Positions 29,861 to 40,318 of a DNA stretch of 64,000 nucleotides are shown here, in pieces. Every line of letters begins with the position of its first letter. The stretch's first letter is position 1. The DNA lies in NCBI GenBank assembly GCA_021740645.1, contig JAIOZL010000003.1, positions 50,179 to 114,178 on the forward strand, written 5' to 3'. The notes below the pieces were generated by a model. The model had not been told where the DNA came from, ran no database searches, and worked only from the letters and a program-made list of their open reading frames with translations. This DNA is from Bacteroidales bacterium. GTDB taxonomy: Bacteria > Bacteroidota > Bacteroidia > Bacteroidales > JAADJA01. The position numbers were made by a program, and so were the translations under genes.

Positions 29861-30577
29861 ATGGAGCTTATTTTATCTGGATACGGGCGAATGGGTAAAG
29901 AAATTGAAAAAATCGCCTTAAGTAAAGGGCATACAATTTATGCTAAAATAGATTCGTCAAAGGATTGGAACAGACTACAGCTTAACAACAATCTTAAGGT
30001 AGTTGTGGATTTCAGCTTACCTGATGTAGTTGTAAAAAACATTATGAAGAGCTTTGAATTAAAGTTACCAGTAGTTTGTGGAACAACGGGATGGGATCAG
30101 GATAGAGATAGGATCAAAAAATATTGCACTGAAAATAAAAACACATTGTTTACTGCCTCAAACTTTAGTATAGGCATGAATTTATTTTTTTCGGTAAATA
30201 AAGAGCTGGCCGGCTTAATGGACAAATTTGAGGCTTACGATGTTGAACTGGAAGAAATTCATCACATTCATAAGCTTGACAAACCAAGCGGAACGGCCAT
30301 AAGCATAGCACAAGATATTATTTCTAAAATTTCACGAAAGAAATCCTGGAAACTTGCCGGACAAAATGCAGAGGATGAATTAAAGATCAAAGTTCAAAGA
30401 ATAGGAGAAGTACCAGGCACGCATAAAATTGTTTATCGTTCTGATTTTGATGTAATTTCTTTAAAGCATAAGGCTTTAAGCAGAATAGGTTTTGCACAGG
30501 GAGCGGTGCTGGCTGCAGAATGGATACAGGATAAAAAAGGGTATTTTGAAATGGATGATCTATTGGGATTAAGGTAG
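29861..30577 (+). CDS. dapB: 4-hydroxy-tetrahydrodipicolinate reductase
   Basis: GYGRMG, GTTG, SNFSIG, EIHHIHKLDKPSGTA, FAQGA. Confidence 0.96.
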   Translation: MELILSGYGRMGKEIEKIALSKGHTIYAKIDSSKDWNRLQLNNNLKVVVDFSLPDVVVKNIMKSFELKLPVVCGTTGWDQDRDRIKKYCTENKNTLFTASNFSIGMNLFFSVNKELAGLMDKFEAYDVELEEIHHIHKLDKPSGTAISIAQDIISKISRKKSWKLAGQNAEDELKIKVQRIGEVPGTHKIVYRSDFDVISLKHKALSRIGFAQGAVLAAEWIQDKKGYFEMDDLLGLR

Positions 30578-30580
30578 AGA

Positions 30581-31627
30581 TTATTTTTCTTCTGAAAGCT
30601 TATGGATGGCATAATGCCGCCATTTTTCTAACAGTTCAGCAAAATCAGGAGAAAGGTTGGATTCAAACCTTAAGTTTTCATTTGTTGTAGGATGAATGAA
30701 GCCAAGTGTTTGAGCATGTAAAGCCTGGCGCGGACAAATCTTAAAACAATTTTCCACAAATTGTTTATATTTGCTAAATGTAGTTCCCCTTAAAATTCTG
30801 GCTCCCCCATAGGTTTCATCATTGAATAAGGGATACCCGATATATCTTAAATGTACACGAATTTGGTGGGTCCGCCCGGTCTCCAACTGGCACTCAACTT
30901 TAGTCACATATCCGAACCTTTCAATAACCTTATAATGGGTTACGGCATGCTTTCCTCTATCTCCATCGATGAACACCCTAAATACCTTTCGGTTGGATAA
31001 ACTCCGGCCAATATTTCCGGTAACCGTACCTGTTTCATTTTTAACATCTCCCCAAACAAGGGCAATATATTTCCGTTCAATGGAATGCGCTGCAAATTGC
31101 TGTTGAAGTTTGGCCTGAGCAACCTCGTTTTTAGCTACAATGATCAAACCTGAAGTATTTTTATCAATCCTGTGGACAAGGTATGGTCCTGCAGAATTCC
31201 CCGTTTTCTTACCTTTTGACTTATTGAAATGATAAATCAGTGCATTTACCAAAGTTCCGGTGTAGTTCCCATAAGCCGGATGTACTACCATGCCTGCCGG
31301 TTTGTTTATAATAATCAGGTCACTATCCTCATAGCATACTTCCAATGGAATATCTTCAGAAATTAATTCAATTTCACGTAATGGCTGATCCATCACAATG
31401 GATATTACATCCATGGGTTTGACTTTATATGAGGACCTTACCCTTTCATTATTTACCAGAATATTTCCCGCACTGGCCGCAGCCTGGATTTTACTTCTTG
31501 AGGCATTTTCTATCCTGCTCATTAAAAACTTATCAATCCGAAGCAGCCCCTGTCCTTTGTCTACCTCAAATCGAAAATGTTCATACATTTCCTGGTCTTC
31601 ATCCTGATTCAGGTTTAGATCCTCCAT
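30581..31627 (-). CDS. rluD: RluA-family pseudouridine synthase (RluD-like, S4 domain)
   Basis: RIDKFL, NKPAGMVVHP, VHRIDKNTSG, TGRTHQIRVH, RQALHA. Confidence 0.9.
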   Translation of the reverse strand: MEDLNLNQDEDQEMYEHFRFEVDKGQGLLRIDKFLMSRIENASRSKIQAAASAGNILVNNERVRSSYKVKPMDVISIVMDQPLREIELISEDIPLEVCYEDSDLIIINKPAGMVVHPAYGNYTGTLVNALIYHFNKSKGKKTGNSAGPYLVHRIDKNTSGLIIVAKNEVAQAKLQQQFAAHSIERKYIALVWGDVKNETGTVTGNIGRSLSNRKVFRVFIDGDRGKHAVTHYKVIERFGYVTKVECQLETGRTHQIRVHLRYIGYPLFNDETYGGARILRGTTFSKYKQFVENCFKICPRQALHAQTLGFIHPTTNENLRFESNLSPDFAELLEKWRHYAIHKLSEEK

Positions 31628-31636
31628 CTGCAAATG

Positions 31637-33781
31637 CTATTGTGTTATTATTAATTTACCCGAATAGACAAGCTGCATGGCTTCATCCCGGATTTGGATG
31701 ATATATATTCCGGGCTTTAACACATCTGTACCAAACTTATCTTCAATAACTCCTGAAATTTGCTGTTTGCCGAAAATATCAAAAACAGAAAGGTACATTT
31801 GTGAGTGTAGGCTGGTACTATTTAGGCCATCGATTTTAATGGTAACTGTTTGTCCTCTTTTAATCGGATTAGGATAAATCTTTAAACCCTTTTTGACTAT
31901 TTTTTGATTTGTGCTAGCTTGCGGGATTGGCTTACCAACCATCGGTCGTATCATTATAGAGCCTTCAAAGCTGGAGTTAAGCCAGGTTCCATTGGCATTG
32001 TAAAAGTTTTTATTTTTCGAATTGGTATTCCTGTCAAATCCAATATTAAGGTTATCGTTGGTGGTTTGTTCCCAACCGATGTAATAACTATTCTTTCCTA
32101 ACTTAAGGGCTTCCGGAAAAATATAGGTATGAAATACATTCAGGCTATCAGTAAAAATTGGCCTTCTGTTTTCCCACTTATAAAGCAATTCATTAGGTTT
32201 ACCCGAATTGTCAGTCCAGACACAAATATGGAAGATACGGTCGTTATTATCATTTAGGGTTTTATTAAAAAACATTTGGACCCCTCTCAAGGAATCAACT
32301 TCTTCCAATTTGAACTTTATTGCCAGCTTTGCTCCTGCAGGAGCGAGTCCATAACCTGCCTCTGCGGTGCCATCATCCCGAGCAAAATAATTCCTGAATT
32401 CCTGATGGTAGATCAATGTATCCCCCACGGTTGGATCATTCTGGTCATAGATTACATGAGTGACTGTAAAATCAGCGGTATCATTACTCAACGAAGTATA
32501 ATAAGATTTCACAGGAGGATAAGCAAAAGGAGGATAATCACTAACATCCTGTCCATAATAGGGATCAAGCGTTTCAAAGATATTATTTATCTGAAAGGAT
32601 GGAAGGGTATCCCCGCCTTCATTTTGCACAAAATACTTATACTTGTAGTTATGGCTGATTGAATCAAGATTATTTACAAATATGCTTATTGAATCCTTTT
32701 TATAAAAAATCACATCCCCCGCATAATGGGAATAAGGCATAGAAGTATGATCCGTAATCAAACTTTCGCCATCTTTAATAAAACTTACTTCTTTTGAGTA
32801 TTTATCTTTCACCGACCGTCCCCAATTCAGGTAGATTTTATCCAGGTTCCACTGATCGGTATTACTTTGCCAACTATTAATATTTGATATACTTGCATAG
32901 TTTTTAAACCTGAATTGAAAATCCTTTCTTAACCAGGCTTCATCTTCTATAGGGATAATTACGTACTTAAAAAAAACATCCTCTTCATCCAAAAATACCT
33001 CAAGAGAATCCCCTTCAGCTCTCCAAACCGATGTCCAATCCGTATCTAAAATAAAAACCGAATCACAAGGGATAAGTAAGGAATCATAAATATAAAAGGT
33101 ATCCTGAAGCACTGTTACAATGGAGTCGCAGGAAGTATAAGGCAGAATCCCAAATTCTGGCGGAAGCCACTCTCCTCCAAATTGTGCCATCGCTTCTTCA
33201 TATTGATAGCCATACACCCAAACCCTATCAAAGTGAGAAAATATGGTATCTGAATAAAAGCCAAACTCCAGAACCAGGGAATCATGAGCCAGGGGTATAT
33301 CACCATATCCCTGGGGTTGATAATAAAAACTAAAATAGACAGAATCAGCCAGGGTTATGGGCCTGATAGAATCACCGTTGTCATCAAATATAGCATCCAG
33401 ACGGATTGGTTTTGAGGTAAATCTGTCGGCTAAAAAAGTATAGGGTGTGGCCTCCGGATAAACATTTCCATTTGCATCTATGGCATCTAAAGTTGCCACT
33501 CCATAATTAACCGGGAAGTATCCAAAGGTTGAGTTAATGAAAGCTTCATTGTCGAGCCAGCGTGAGGTATCAGGATAAATTGTGATAGTAGTAAAATCAT
33601 CATAGAAAGGCAGTAGCAAAGGTTCAACTGTTTCAAACGATGATTTATATTGATTTTGTGTCTTATGCTTTAAAAGATAATTTTGGATAACAGCATTACT
33701 GCTGATCCCCGACAAATATTCCTGGCCAAAAAAAACTACTGGCAAAATAGTCAATAATATATTTAAAAGAATTTTTTTCAT
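31637..33781 (-). CDS. T9SS type A sorting domain protein
   Basis: Signal peptide, LPFYDDF, ARDDGTAE, IYPNP..PGIYIIQI..KLIITQ. Confidence 0.85.
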   Translation of the reverse strand: MKKILLNILLTILPVVFFGQEYLSGISSNAVIQNYLLKHKTQNQYKSSFETVEPLLLPFYDDFTTITIYPDTSRWLDNEAFINSTFGYFPVNYGVATLDAIDANGNVYPEATPYTFLADRFTSKPIRLDAIFDDNGDSIRPITLADSVYFSFYYQPQGYGDIPLAHDSLVLEFGFYSDTIFSHFDRVWVYGYQYEEAMAQFGGEWLPPEFGILPYTSCDSIVTVLQDTFYIYDSLLIPCDSVFILDTDWTSVWRAEGDSLEVFLDEEDVFFKYVIIPIEDEAWLRKDFQFRFKNYASISNINSWQSNTDQWNLDKIYLNWGRSVKDKYSKEVSFIKDGESLITDHTSMPYSHYAGDVIFYKKDSISIFVNNLDSISHNYKYKYFVQNEGGDTLPSFQINNIFETLDPYYGQDVSDYPPFAYPPVKSYYTSLSNDTADFTVTHVIYDQNDPTVGDTLIYHQEFRNYFARDDGTAEAGYGLAPAGAKLAIKFKLEEVDSLRGVQMFFNKTLNDNNDRIFHICVWTDNSGKPNELLYKWENRRPIFTDSLNVFHTYIFPEALKLGKNSYYIGWEQTTNDNLNIGFDRNTNSKNKNFYNANGTWLNSSFEGSIMIRPMVGKPIPQASTNQKIVKKGLKIYPNPIKRGQTVTIKIDGLNSTSLHSQMYLSVFDIFGKQQISGVIEDKFGTDVLKPGIYIIQIRDEAMQLVYSGKLIITQ

Positions 33782-34654
33782 TTAATATTCAAATAAGGAA
33801 TCCGTGTTTAAACTATCCATTTGAAGTGAGTCTGGTAAAAATGTTTTTAAGTAAGAATCAAAATCAAACGCAGTATCTGATTTATACCATAGGTGCACAG
33901 AATCGCCCGGAAAATGCGGCAAATCCGTATCCCACATAGGTTCTTGCATATAGACCCTGGCAAATTCATCCTGGATGCTGTCCATATAAAACTCATTTCC
34001 CAGGTTAAAAGAAGCTACATTTAGTTCGTATATCGCTTCCTGCCTGGTTAACCCCAGGAGGAAAGGTACAGGTATTTTATAATTACGTTCTCCAGAACCT
34101 ATCAAAAGGTCGATCAGGGCCCCCTTTTCAAGGGTGTCGCCCTCAAATACCGTATCACCCATATAAAACTGTTCCAGCACTGCATTCTTGTCAAAACTTG
34201 GTGTATACATGAGTTTTCCGGTTTTCAATTTATGCGCTGCCAAAATATTAATGGCCTGCCGTACTGTTAAATCGTGCAAGTCGGGCATGGTTACTATTTC
34301 CGGTGTAGAAGCAACGATGGTGAAATAAACATTTCGCCCCTCTTTCACCTGTGAGCCAGGCAAAGGATTTTGAATAACAATAGCCCCCTTCCTGTTATCT
34401 ACATCGTAAACCGAATCAATAACAAAAAAATCGTATCGTTCAGTGTACCCAATCGAATCCAGCTCTTCTAAGGTAAATCCGTAAAATTCGGGTAAAGGTT
34501 GCTCATTCCCGTGCTTGGTATAAACTCTCAGATAAAAACCAAGAATAATAAAAAGCACAGCTAAAATTATTGCTGCAATCCCAAACTGAATAAAAAACTT
34601 TTTGCTTAAAATAAATTTCAAAAACCCAGGATTTTCTGATTGTTGTTCCTCCAT
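33782..34654 (-). CDS. PASTA domain protein
   Basis: N-terminal TM, YTKHG, three PASTA-like repeats (LPEFYG, MPDLHD, VPFLLG). Confidence 0.88.
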   Translation of the reverse strand: MEEQQSENPGFLKFILSKKFFIQFGIAAIILAVLFIILGFYLRVYTKHGNEQPLPEFYGFTLEELDSIGYTERYDFFVIDSVYDVDNRKGAIVIQNPLPGSQVKEGRNVYFTIVASTPEIVTMPDLHDLTVRQAINILAAHKLKTGKLMYTPSFDKNAVLEQFYMGDTVFEGDTLEKGALIDLLIGSGERNYKIPVPFLLGLTRQEAIYELNVASFNLGNEFYMDSIQDEFARVYMQEPMWDTDLPHFPGDSVHLWYKSDTAFDFDSYLKTFLPDSLQMDSLNTDSLFEY

Positions 34655-34824
34655 ACCCTTTTTACTTCCTACAGGTAATATTTTTTATAACTATCCAAAC
34701 TTAACTTTATTGCATCCGTTGGCAAAGATAAGAAAACTTCAAAGGTAAAAATTATAGGGAGGAGGATTATACCATGAGTTGGGAATGATATTATTTGATA
34801 CTTTTGCAGGAAAGGCTTTTAGAA

Positions 34825-35811
34825 ATGAAAAAAAATATTGCTGTTGTTAGTGGAGGTTATTCAGGCGAATATGAAATTTCCATTCAGAGTGGTGAAGTTG
34901 TAGACAAATATTTGGATAAGGAAAAGTATAATGTGTATCCGATAATTATCAGCAAAGAAGAATGGATGCACGATTGCAAACATAATAATACCTACGAGAT
35001 CGATAAGAATGATTTCTCCATTCCCATGTTCACGGAAAAAATCACCTTTGATTGTGTTTTCATTGCCATTCATGGAACACCCGGGGAGGATGGAAGGCTG
35101 CAAGGGTATTTTGATATGATTGGCTTACCCTATACAGGTTGTAATCATGCTACATCGGCCCTTACGTTTAATAAACACTTTTGTAAAAATGTTGTAAAAA
35201 ACTTAAAGGTTAAAACTGCAGCTTCTGTTTGTCTTTTTAAAAACCAGGAAAATCCAGAAGCTTTCTTACAACATTTAAAATATCCTCTTTTTGTTAAACC
35301 CAACAATGGGGGTTCAAGTGTGGGCATGTCGAAAATCAATGAAAAAAGCGAACTTCCTGATGCCCTTGCCAAAGCTTTCAAAGAAGACGAGGAAATCCTT
35401 GTAGAAGAATTTATTAAAGGGAGGGAGATAACCTGTGGTGTGTTGAAATACAGCAATGAAATCATCACCCTGCCAGTGACCGAGATCATTTCAAAAAAAG
35501 ACTGGTTCGACTACGAAGCCAAATATGACCCAAGCCTTGCCGATGAAATAGTTCCGGCTCAAATACCTGAAGAGGTTTATAAGGAATGTCAGGAAATTTC
35601 AGGCGATTTATACCGACAACTTTCCTGTGCAGGAATCGTGCGATTTGATTATATTTTTAACGAAAATGGAATTTATTTTCTTGAGGTAAATACCGTACCT
35701 GGTTTAACGGAAGCTAGCATAGTACCCAAGATGGCCAAAGTACATGGGCTCAGTTTGCAAGAACTTTTCGGGATTATGGTGGAAGAGGCCCTGGCGAAGG
35801 ACAAGGGCTAA
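34825..35811 (+). CDS. ddl: D-alanine--D-alanine ligase
   Basis: GGYSGEYEIS, HGTPGEDG, KPNNGGSS, EVNTVPG; start set at ATG 34825, downstream of TACTTTTG (34799-34806). Confidence 0.95.
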   Translation: MKKNIAVVSGGYSGEYEISIQSGEVVDKYLDKEKYNVYPIIISKEEWMHDCKHNNTYEIDKNDFSIPMFTEKITFDCVFIAIHGTPGEDGRLQGYFDMIGLPYTGCNHATSALTFNKHFCKNVVKNLKVKTAASVCLFKNQENPEAFLQHLKYPLFVKPNNGGSSVGMSKINEKSELPDALAKAFKEDEEILVEEFIKGREITCGVLKYSNEIITLPVTEIISKKDWFDYEAKYDPSLADEIVPAQIPEEVYKECQEISGDLYRQLSCAGIVRFDYIFNENGIYFLEVNTVPGLTEASIVPKMAKVHGLSLQELFGIMVEEALAKDKG

Positions 35812-37385
35812 TTCACCTGAAGTTTCCAAACTTTTTTTCCCCGGTCATTTACCAAAGTAAGCAGGTATTGTCCAGGTTCGGCTACATCAATACACACCAT
35901 AATACTTCCCTGAGTAAGGAAACCATCAAAAAGCACTTTTATCAACCGGCCTTGAAAATCATGGACCATAATCATTCCATCTCCGGTCAATTCAACAGGA
36001 ATTAAAAGATTAGCCATCCTATTGACAGGGTTGGGTGAAATGTGATCAACCTTTCCAGATGACAATAATTCAAATCCAACTTCCTGATTCGTTTCAAAAG
36101 CACCTATATCCACGGAGCCATTATCGAAACGATAATTCATAAGCAAATCCCATAAAGGAAGTTGCAAGCCTGTCGTGTCAGGGTTACCGGCATCCACACA
36201 GGGTGAATCTTCGGCAAGGCAATAGGGGTTCATAGCAAATTCATCAAAGAGAGGATCCATTTCCAGGCAGTTTTCATAAATACCAATAAATCCGATCCCA
36301 ATACCACCAGTGCCACCAAAACCTTCTAATCCATCCTGAATATCACAGTAATAAAATTCAGGGGCAGAATATGTATCCCAAATATAAATCTGGGGGCCTC
36401 CTCCTTCTGCTTCATTTCCCCAAAGGATGCAGTTTTGAAATACTGAAAAACTATACTCATTAAAGTATAAACCACCACCTGCCCCACTTATATTATTTGC
36501 TATGGTATTGTTAGCGAATAATACCGAGGATTCAATCAATGCTACTCCACCTCCAAAAAACAGTGATCCATTAAAGTTAAGTAGATTACCAACGATGGAC
36601 CTGGAACCATCCGAGCGCAGGCAAACCATCCCACCACCAATAGCACTATAGTTTCCGGTAAATGTATTATTCACTATTCGTGGGTTACTATATTCAAAAG
36701 ATAGCCCTCCTCCAACTCCTGTTGATTGGTTAAAGGTGAAAATATTTAAAGCCACTTGTGCGTCGGAGTATTCCAGGCAAACACCTCCGCCATAGCCATA
36801 TAAGTCGGGTTGGCCACATAAGTTTGTATTAATTACTGAATGTTCAATTTTTATATCAGATTTTAGGGAATAAATTGCCCCTCCATTTTTGTAGGCTTTA
36901 TTGTAGACAAAATCACAATCGCTAATCCTAATTTTATCAAATTCGCGGATACAGATTGCTCCTCCATACCAATGTGTTGTATCGGAACCCACAGCTTTAC
37001 CATACTTAAACTTACAAAACTCAAAAATAGATGAATCATTGGATGGGCTTAAATGATCGAACCAAAATCCATTCCATCCACCACTTACCGACTCATAATC
37101 ATAAAATCCGGTCGTATCATTTACGGTATATAAAATGTACTCCGCTATGGTACCCAGGGCTTGAAAACTTCCGGCCACATTAACCATATAGTGCCCCATG
37201 AAAATAAATTCAACCCCCGGAACAACGGTTAAAGTTTGGCCATTTTCGATAAGTACATCACCTACTACAAAAACAGTATCCGTATCAATTGTTCCGGAAA
37301 CCGGCCCAGTAATAGTAATATTGGAAGATTGCAGAAAAAAAGAAAATGCAATGACAAAGAAGAACAAACAAACCAATTGTTTCAT
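35808..37385 (-). CDS. Secreted right-handed beta-helix repeat protein with probable T9SS CTD
   Basis: Repeated N..GGA[IV] units, SPCVDAG..DIGAFE, ISPNP..PGQYLL. Confidence 0.82.
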   Translation of the reverse strand: MKQLVCLFFFVIAFSFFLQSSNITITGPVSGTIDTDTVFVVGDVLIENGQTLTVVPGVEFIFMGHYMVNVAGSFQALGTIAEYILYTVNDTTGFYDYESVSGGWNGFWFDHLSPSNDSSIFEFCKFKYGKAVGSDTTHWYGGAICIREFDKIRISDCDFVYNKAYKNGGAIYSLKSDIKIEHSVINTNLCGQPDLYGYGGGVCLEYSDAQVALNIFTFNQSTGVGGGLSFEYSNPRIVNNTFTGNYSAIGGGMVCLRSDGSRSIVGNLLNFNGSLFFGGGVALIESSVLFANNTIANNISGAGGGLYFNEYSFSVFQNCILWGNEAEGGGPQIYIWDTYSAPEFYYCDIQDGLEGFGGTGGIGIGFIGIYENCLEMDPLFDEFAMNPYCLAEDSPCVDAGNPDTTGLQLPLWDLLMNYRFDNGSVDIGAFETNQEVGFELLSSGKVDHISPNPVNRMANLLIPVELTGDGMIMVHDFQGRLIKVLFDGFLTQGSIMVCIDVAEPGQYLLTLVNDRGKKVWKLQVN

Positions 37386-37464
37386 CTATATAATTTTATC
37401 AAATTACTTTTCCAATTCTATGAAGATTAGGGTTAATAATCTTATGATCTAAAATTCAAGAACC

Positions 37465-37842
37465 TTAAATAAAATCACTAAAATAACAGAAATTATCCTG
37501 CAAATTTTCAGGTAAAAAAAATCCTATGTATTCTATCATCAGGAATTTCAGCTGACAACTTAGAAATGGTTTGGATTCAAAAATGATCCTATTACCAAAT
37601 CCCATTTTTTCATTAAAAAAGTATGTCTGAATTAAAATTTCTTTTTTCAACAAAGGTTCATCAAAAAACCAGGTATTTTTAAGGAATTTGAAAACATGGA
37701 GGTCGGTCATTTCTATCACAAAAGGATCAAAATCTTCATCATCTTCCCTTCGGTCGTATCGCTGTTGAAATCCTATTGCCGAAACATTCAGTATAAAAGC
37801 AGTGAAAAAAACAAAGAAGAAAATATGGAGCTTTTTTTTCAT
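37465..37842 (-). CDS. Small hypothetical exported protein
   Basis: Signal-peptide-like N-terminus; own TATCTTTG element at 37858-37865. Confidence 0.55.
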   Translation of the reverse strand: MKKKLHIFFFVFFTAFILNVSAIGFQQRYDRREDDEDFDPFVIEMTDLHVFKFLKNTWFFDEPLLKKEILIQTYFFNEKMGFGNRIIFESKPFLSCQLKFLMIEYIGFFLPENLQDNFCYFSDFI

Positions 37843-37877
37843 TTATCAGTCTTTGCTCAAAGATAAACAATCGATCG

Positions 37878-40151
37878 TTACCACACAACTACCTCATCAC
37901 AAAAGATCCAGGACGGATATCCTGCCCCCGGATGCCAGTCAGGACAAATGCCTTGGTTAATAGCTATAATTTTTATGTAGCGTGTTTTTACTTTGTCAAA
38001 TTCATTTTTATATGTTTTGATAAATGTTCCATCCTTTTTCTCGTGAACATCATTTTTAATAATTCCGGTCAGTTTAAAATCTTCATTAGTGTTTGAAAAA
38101 TAAATTTCAACTTTATCAGGTAAAAATACCCAGGATTTGATTTCCTGGAAAAAGTCCACTTCAATGGAATGAATTTCTATTTCTGATTCCAGGTCAATTA
38201 CAGCAATCATATCCGGCCCTTCAAATCCCAGCCAGTTAAAGTGATAGTCGTTGACCCCCTTTAAACCATCTGTTAAAGCTCCGGCACCTCCAACGGGATA
38301 TTTTTGGCTGGATTCGGTAAGGAGTTGTGTGGGTTTATTCAATGCCAAATGTTTTTGCATGCTTGTACGGGCATACCTTTCCACTGTAGCTTTATAGTCG
38401 TCAGGATAATTACCATGTTCCCAGTAACGTTCTATTCCGGCTTCTTTGGCCAGCTTTGTTAATTGATCTAAACGTGCTAACATATCTTCTTTCACAAGCC
38501 AATTATCCCCCTCTTTGTAGAAATAAGTCAACTCATCATTTACATTTCGAAGAGAAATATCCAGAATGGCAAACTCCAGCGGCAGGCGGGCAATTTTAGC
38601 ACGTTGAAGGAATTTTTGATTTTCAGCCACTGAATTTTCCGCTTCATCAAAAAGGTGATTGTACTTTTTTATCAATTCAGGTGTAAGGTAAGTATTGATT
38701 CCATCAAAAGGGTAGCCATATATACCAAGGTCACCACCTGATTTTGTGAGCTCAGCATGCATCAGGTCAATATATTGACCTATAAATTTTCCAGCAGGGC
38801 CATAATATCCTTCCAAAAAGTCATTCATAATTTCTTCGACATCCACATCGGGGTCCCAAAGGAGTTTAGCGATTATATAGGAGCGCAATTCTACAAATTC
38901 ACTGATCAAACCGCCACTTCCCTGTTGAAACATCATTTGAATTCCATTATCCCTGAAATATTGAATATTGGGCTGAAGCACATGCAAATTAGGGAATGGG
39001 CATACCAGGTTTCGGAATTGCACCACATAATCCCACATAAAAATATTATCGGTTAATTTACACCAGTCCTCCGTATCTTTTCTGAATGAAGCACTCAATG
39101 GATCAGAGGCCAAACTCCGCGACCGGTTGCATTCAATCGAGCAAAACATGATGTTCACATTATCTGCTGGTTTTATCTTTAATGGGGCAGATCGCGTATA
39201 CTGGTAAGCCAGTGTTGAAATAATTTTATCAGGAAATTCTGCCGCAATTTTATTCACAAAATGGATCATGGCACCTGAATAACCCCCATATTGCTGATAC
39301 TCTTCCCGGCATACATCACATTCACAGGCTTTATAGGTATCGTTTTGGGATACACTCCAATACAAGGCCTCAGGTTTTTCATACATACGTTTCCGAAGCT
39401 TTTCCACAACAATGTCAAATACATCAGGATTGGAAAGACAATGCTGGCCATCAGGTATCCTTTGCACATTAAGCCATGAAAAGTACTCGGGATGGGATTT
39501 AAAATATTTTTCTGCAGGGATAAAGTCATCAAAGGTATGCACAAACAGGCCCCACTCATTTTTCCCCTCCTTCAAATCAAGTTTATGCCAGTTGAGGTAT
39601 TCCCTGTCCCATTTGGGAAGCGGCATATGCAATTCCCGGTAATGAAACGCAGGTTCTTGTTTTATATCAATTGGCTGGAAGGCCACTTTATCTGTTTTAG
39701 GAACCACAACCTCAGTCATGCTGTATTTTCTGCAACCCAGGTAATCCTCCAGAAACGTATATACACCATACAGCGCCCCTTTATCCACTCCTCCCATTAT
39801 GAATAATTTATTACCCTCTGTTTTGATAATAAATCCATCTTCGTGCAAGGTTTTTGTTTGGGGAAATGAATCATTTGTCCGGGCATTGTTTCCTATAAGC
39901 ACTTCAAAATCCGACTCAGGTTCTGAATCAGATTTTATTACCAATAACACTCCTGTGGCCTCATTAAAGTATTTCCTGAATTCAGCTGCTGCAAACCGGG
40001 TTAGGGTATCAGCTGATTCTGCGATGATGATTGTATACTCCGATTTCCCATTGTTGACTAAAGTGATCGTTTCCGAATTTTGACAGGAGAATAGGCCTCC
40101 TATCAATATTGTTATGAAATAAATAATCAAGTGATTTTTTCGCAAAGCCAT
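37878..40151 (-). CDS. DUF4838 lipoprotein glycoside hydrolase (GH163-like)
   Basis: Lipobox LFSC; GH20/GH67-type N-domain (EDGFII..GALYGVY); HPEYF, CLSNP, SQND..CEC..C, TLAYQY, WDY; C-terminal F5/8-like domain (WIFCDEV). Confidence 0.8.
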   Translation of the reverse strand: MALRKNHLIIYFITILIGGLFSCQNSETITLVNNGKSEYTIIIAESADTLTRFAAAEFRKYFNEATGVLLVIKSDSEPESDFEVLIGNNARTNDSFPQTKTLHEDGFIIKTEGNKLFIMGGVDKGALYGVYTFLEDYLGCRKYSMTEVVVPKTDKVAFQPIDIKQEPAFHYRELHMPLPKWDREYLNWHKLDLKEGKNEWGLFVHTFDDFIPAEKYFKSHPEYFSWLNVQRIPDGQHCLSNPDVFDIVVEKLRKRMYEKPEALYWSVSQNDTYKACECDVCREEYQQYGGYSGAMIHFVNKIAAEFPDKIISTLAYQYTRSAPLKIKPADNVNIMFCSIECNRSRSLASDPLSASFRKDTEDWCKLTDNIFMWDYVVQFRNLVCPFPNLHVLQPNIQYFRDNGIQMMFQQGSGGLISEFVELRSYIIAKLLWDPDVDVEEIMNDFLEGYYGPAGKFIGQYIDLMHAELTKSGGDLGIYGYPFDGINTYLTPELIKKYNHLFDEAENSVAENQKFLQRAKIARLPLEFAILDISLRNVNDELTYFYKEGDNWLVKEDMLARLDQLTKLAKEAGIERYWEHGNYPDDYKATVERYARTSMQKHLALNKPTQLLTESSQKYPVGGAGALTDGLKGVNDYHFNWLGFEGPDMIAVIDLESEIEIHSIEVDFFQEIKSWVFLPDKVEIYFSNTNEDFKLTGIIKNDVHEKKDGTFIKTYKNEFDKVKTRYIKIIAINQGICPDWHPGAGYPSWIFCDEVVVW

Positions 40152-40162
40152 TGGTGTATTGC

Positions 40163-40297
40163 AAAGAGGAAGTCCGAAAAGTCAATTTATTTACCCCAGG
40201 TCATGTTGAGCCTGTCGAAACATATTTGCATTTCAGTAATGTCACATTTCGACAAAGCTCGATGACCTAATTTTCAGATTTATTGGACTTCCTCTTT
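40163..40297. mobile_element. 135-bp MITE-like element with a nested REP-type palindrome
   Basis: Perfect 13-bp terminal IR AAAGAGGAAGTCC/GGACTTCCTCTTT; inner imperfect IR AGGTCATGTTGAGCCTGTCGAAA/TTTCGACAAAGCTCGATGACCT. Confidence 0.7.
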
Positions 40298-40318
40298 AAT
40301 TAATTTAACTTGTTTTTA

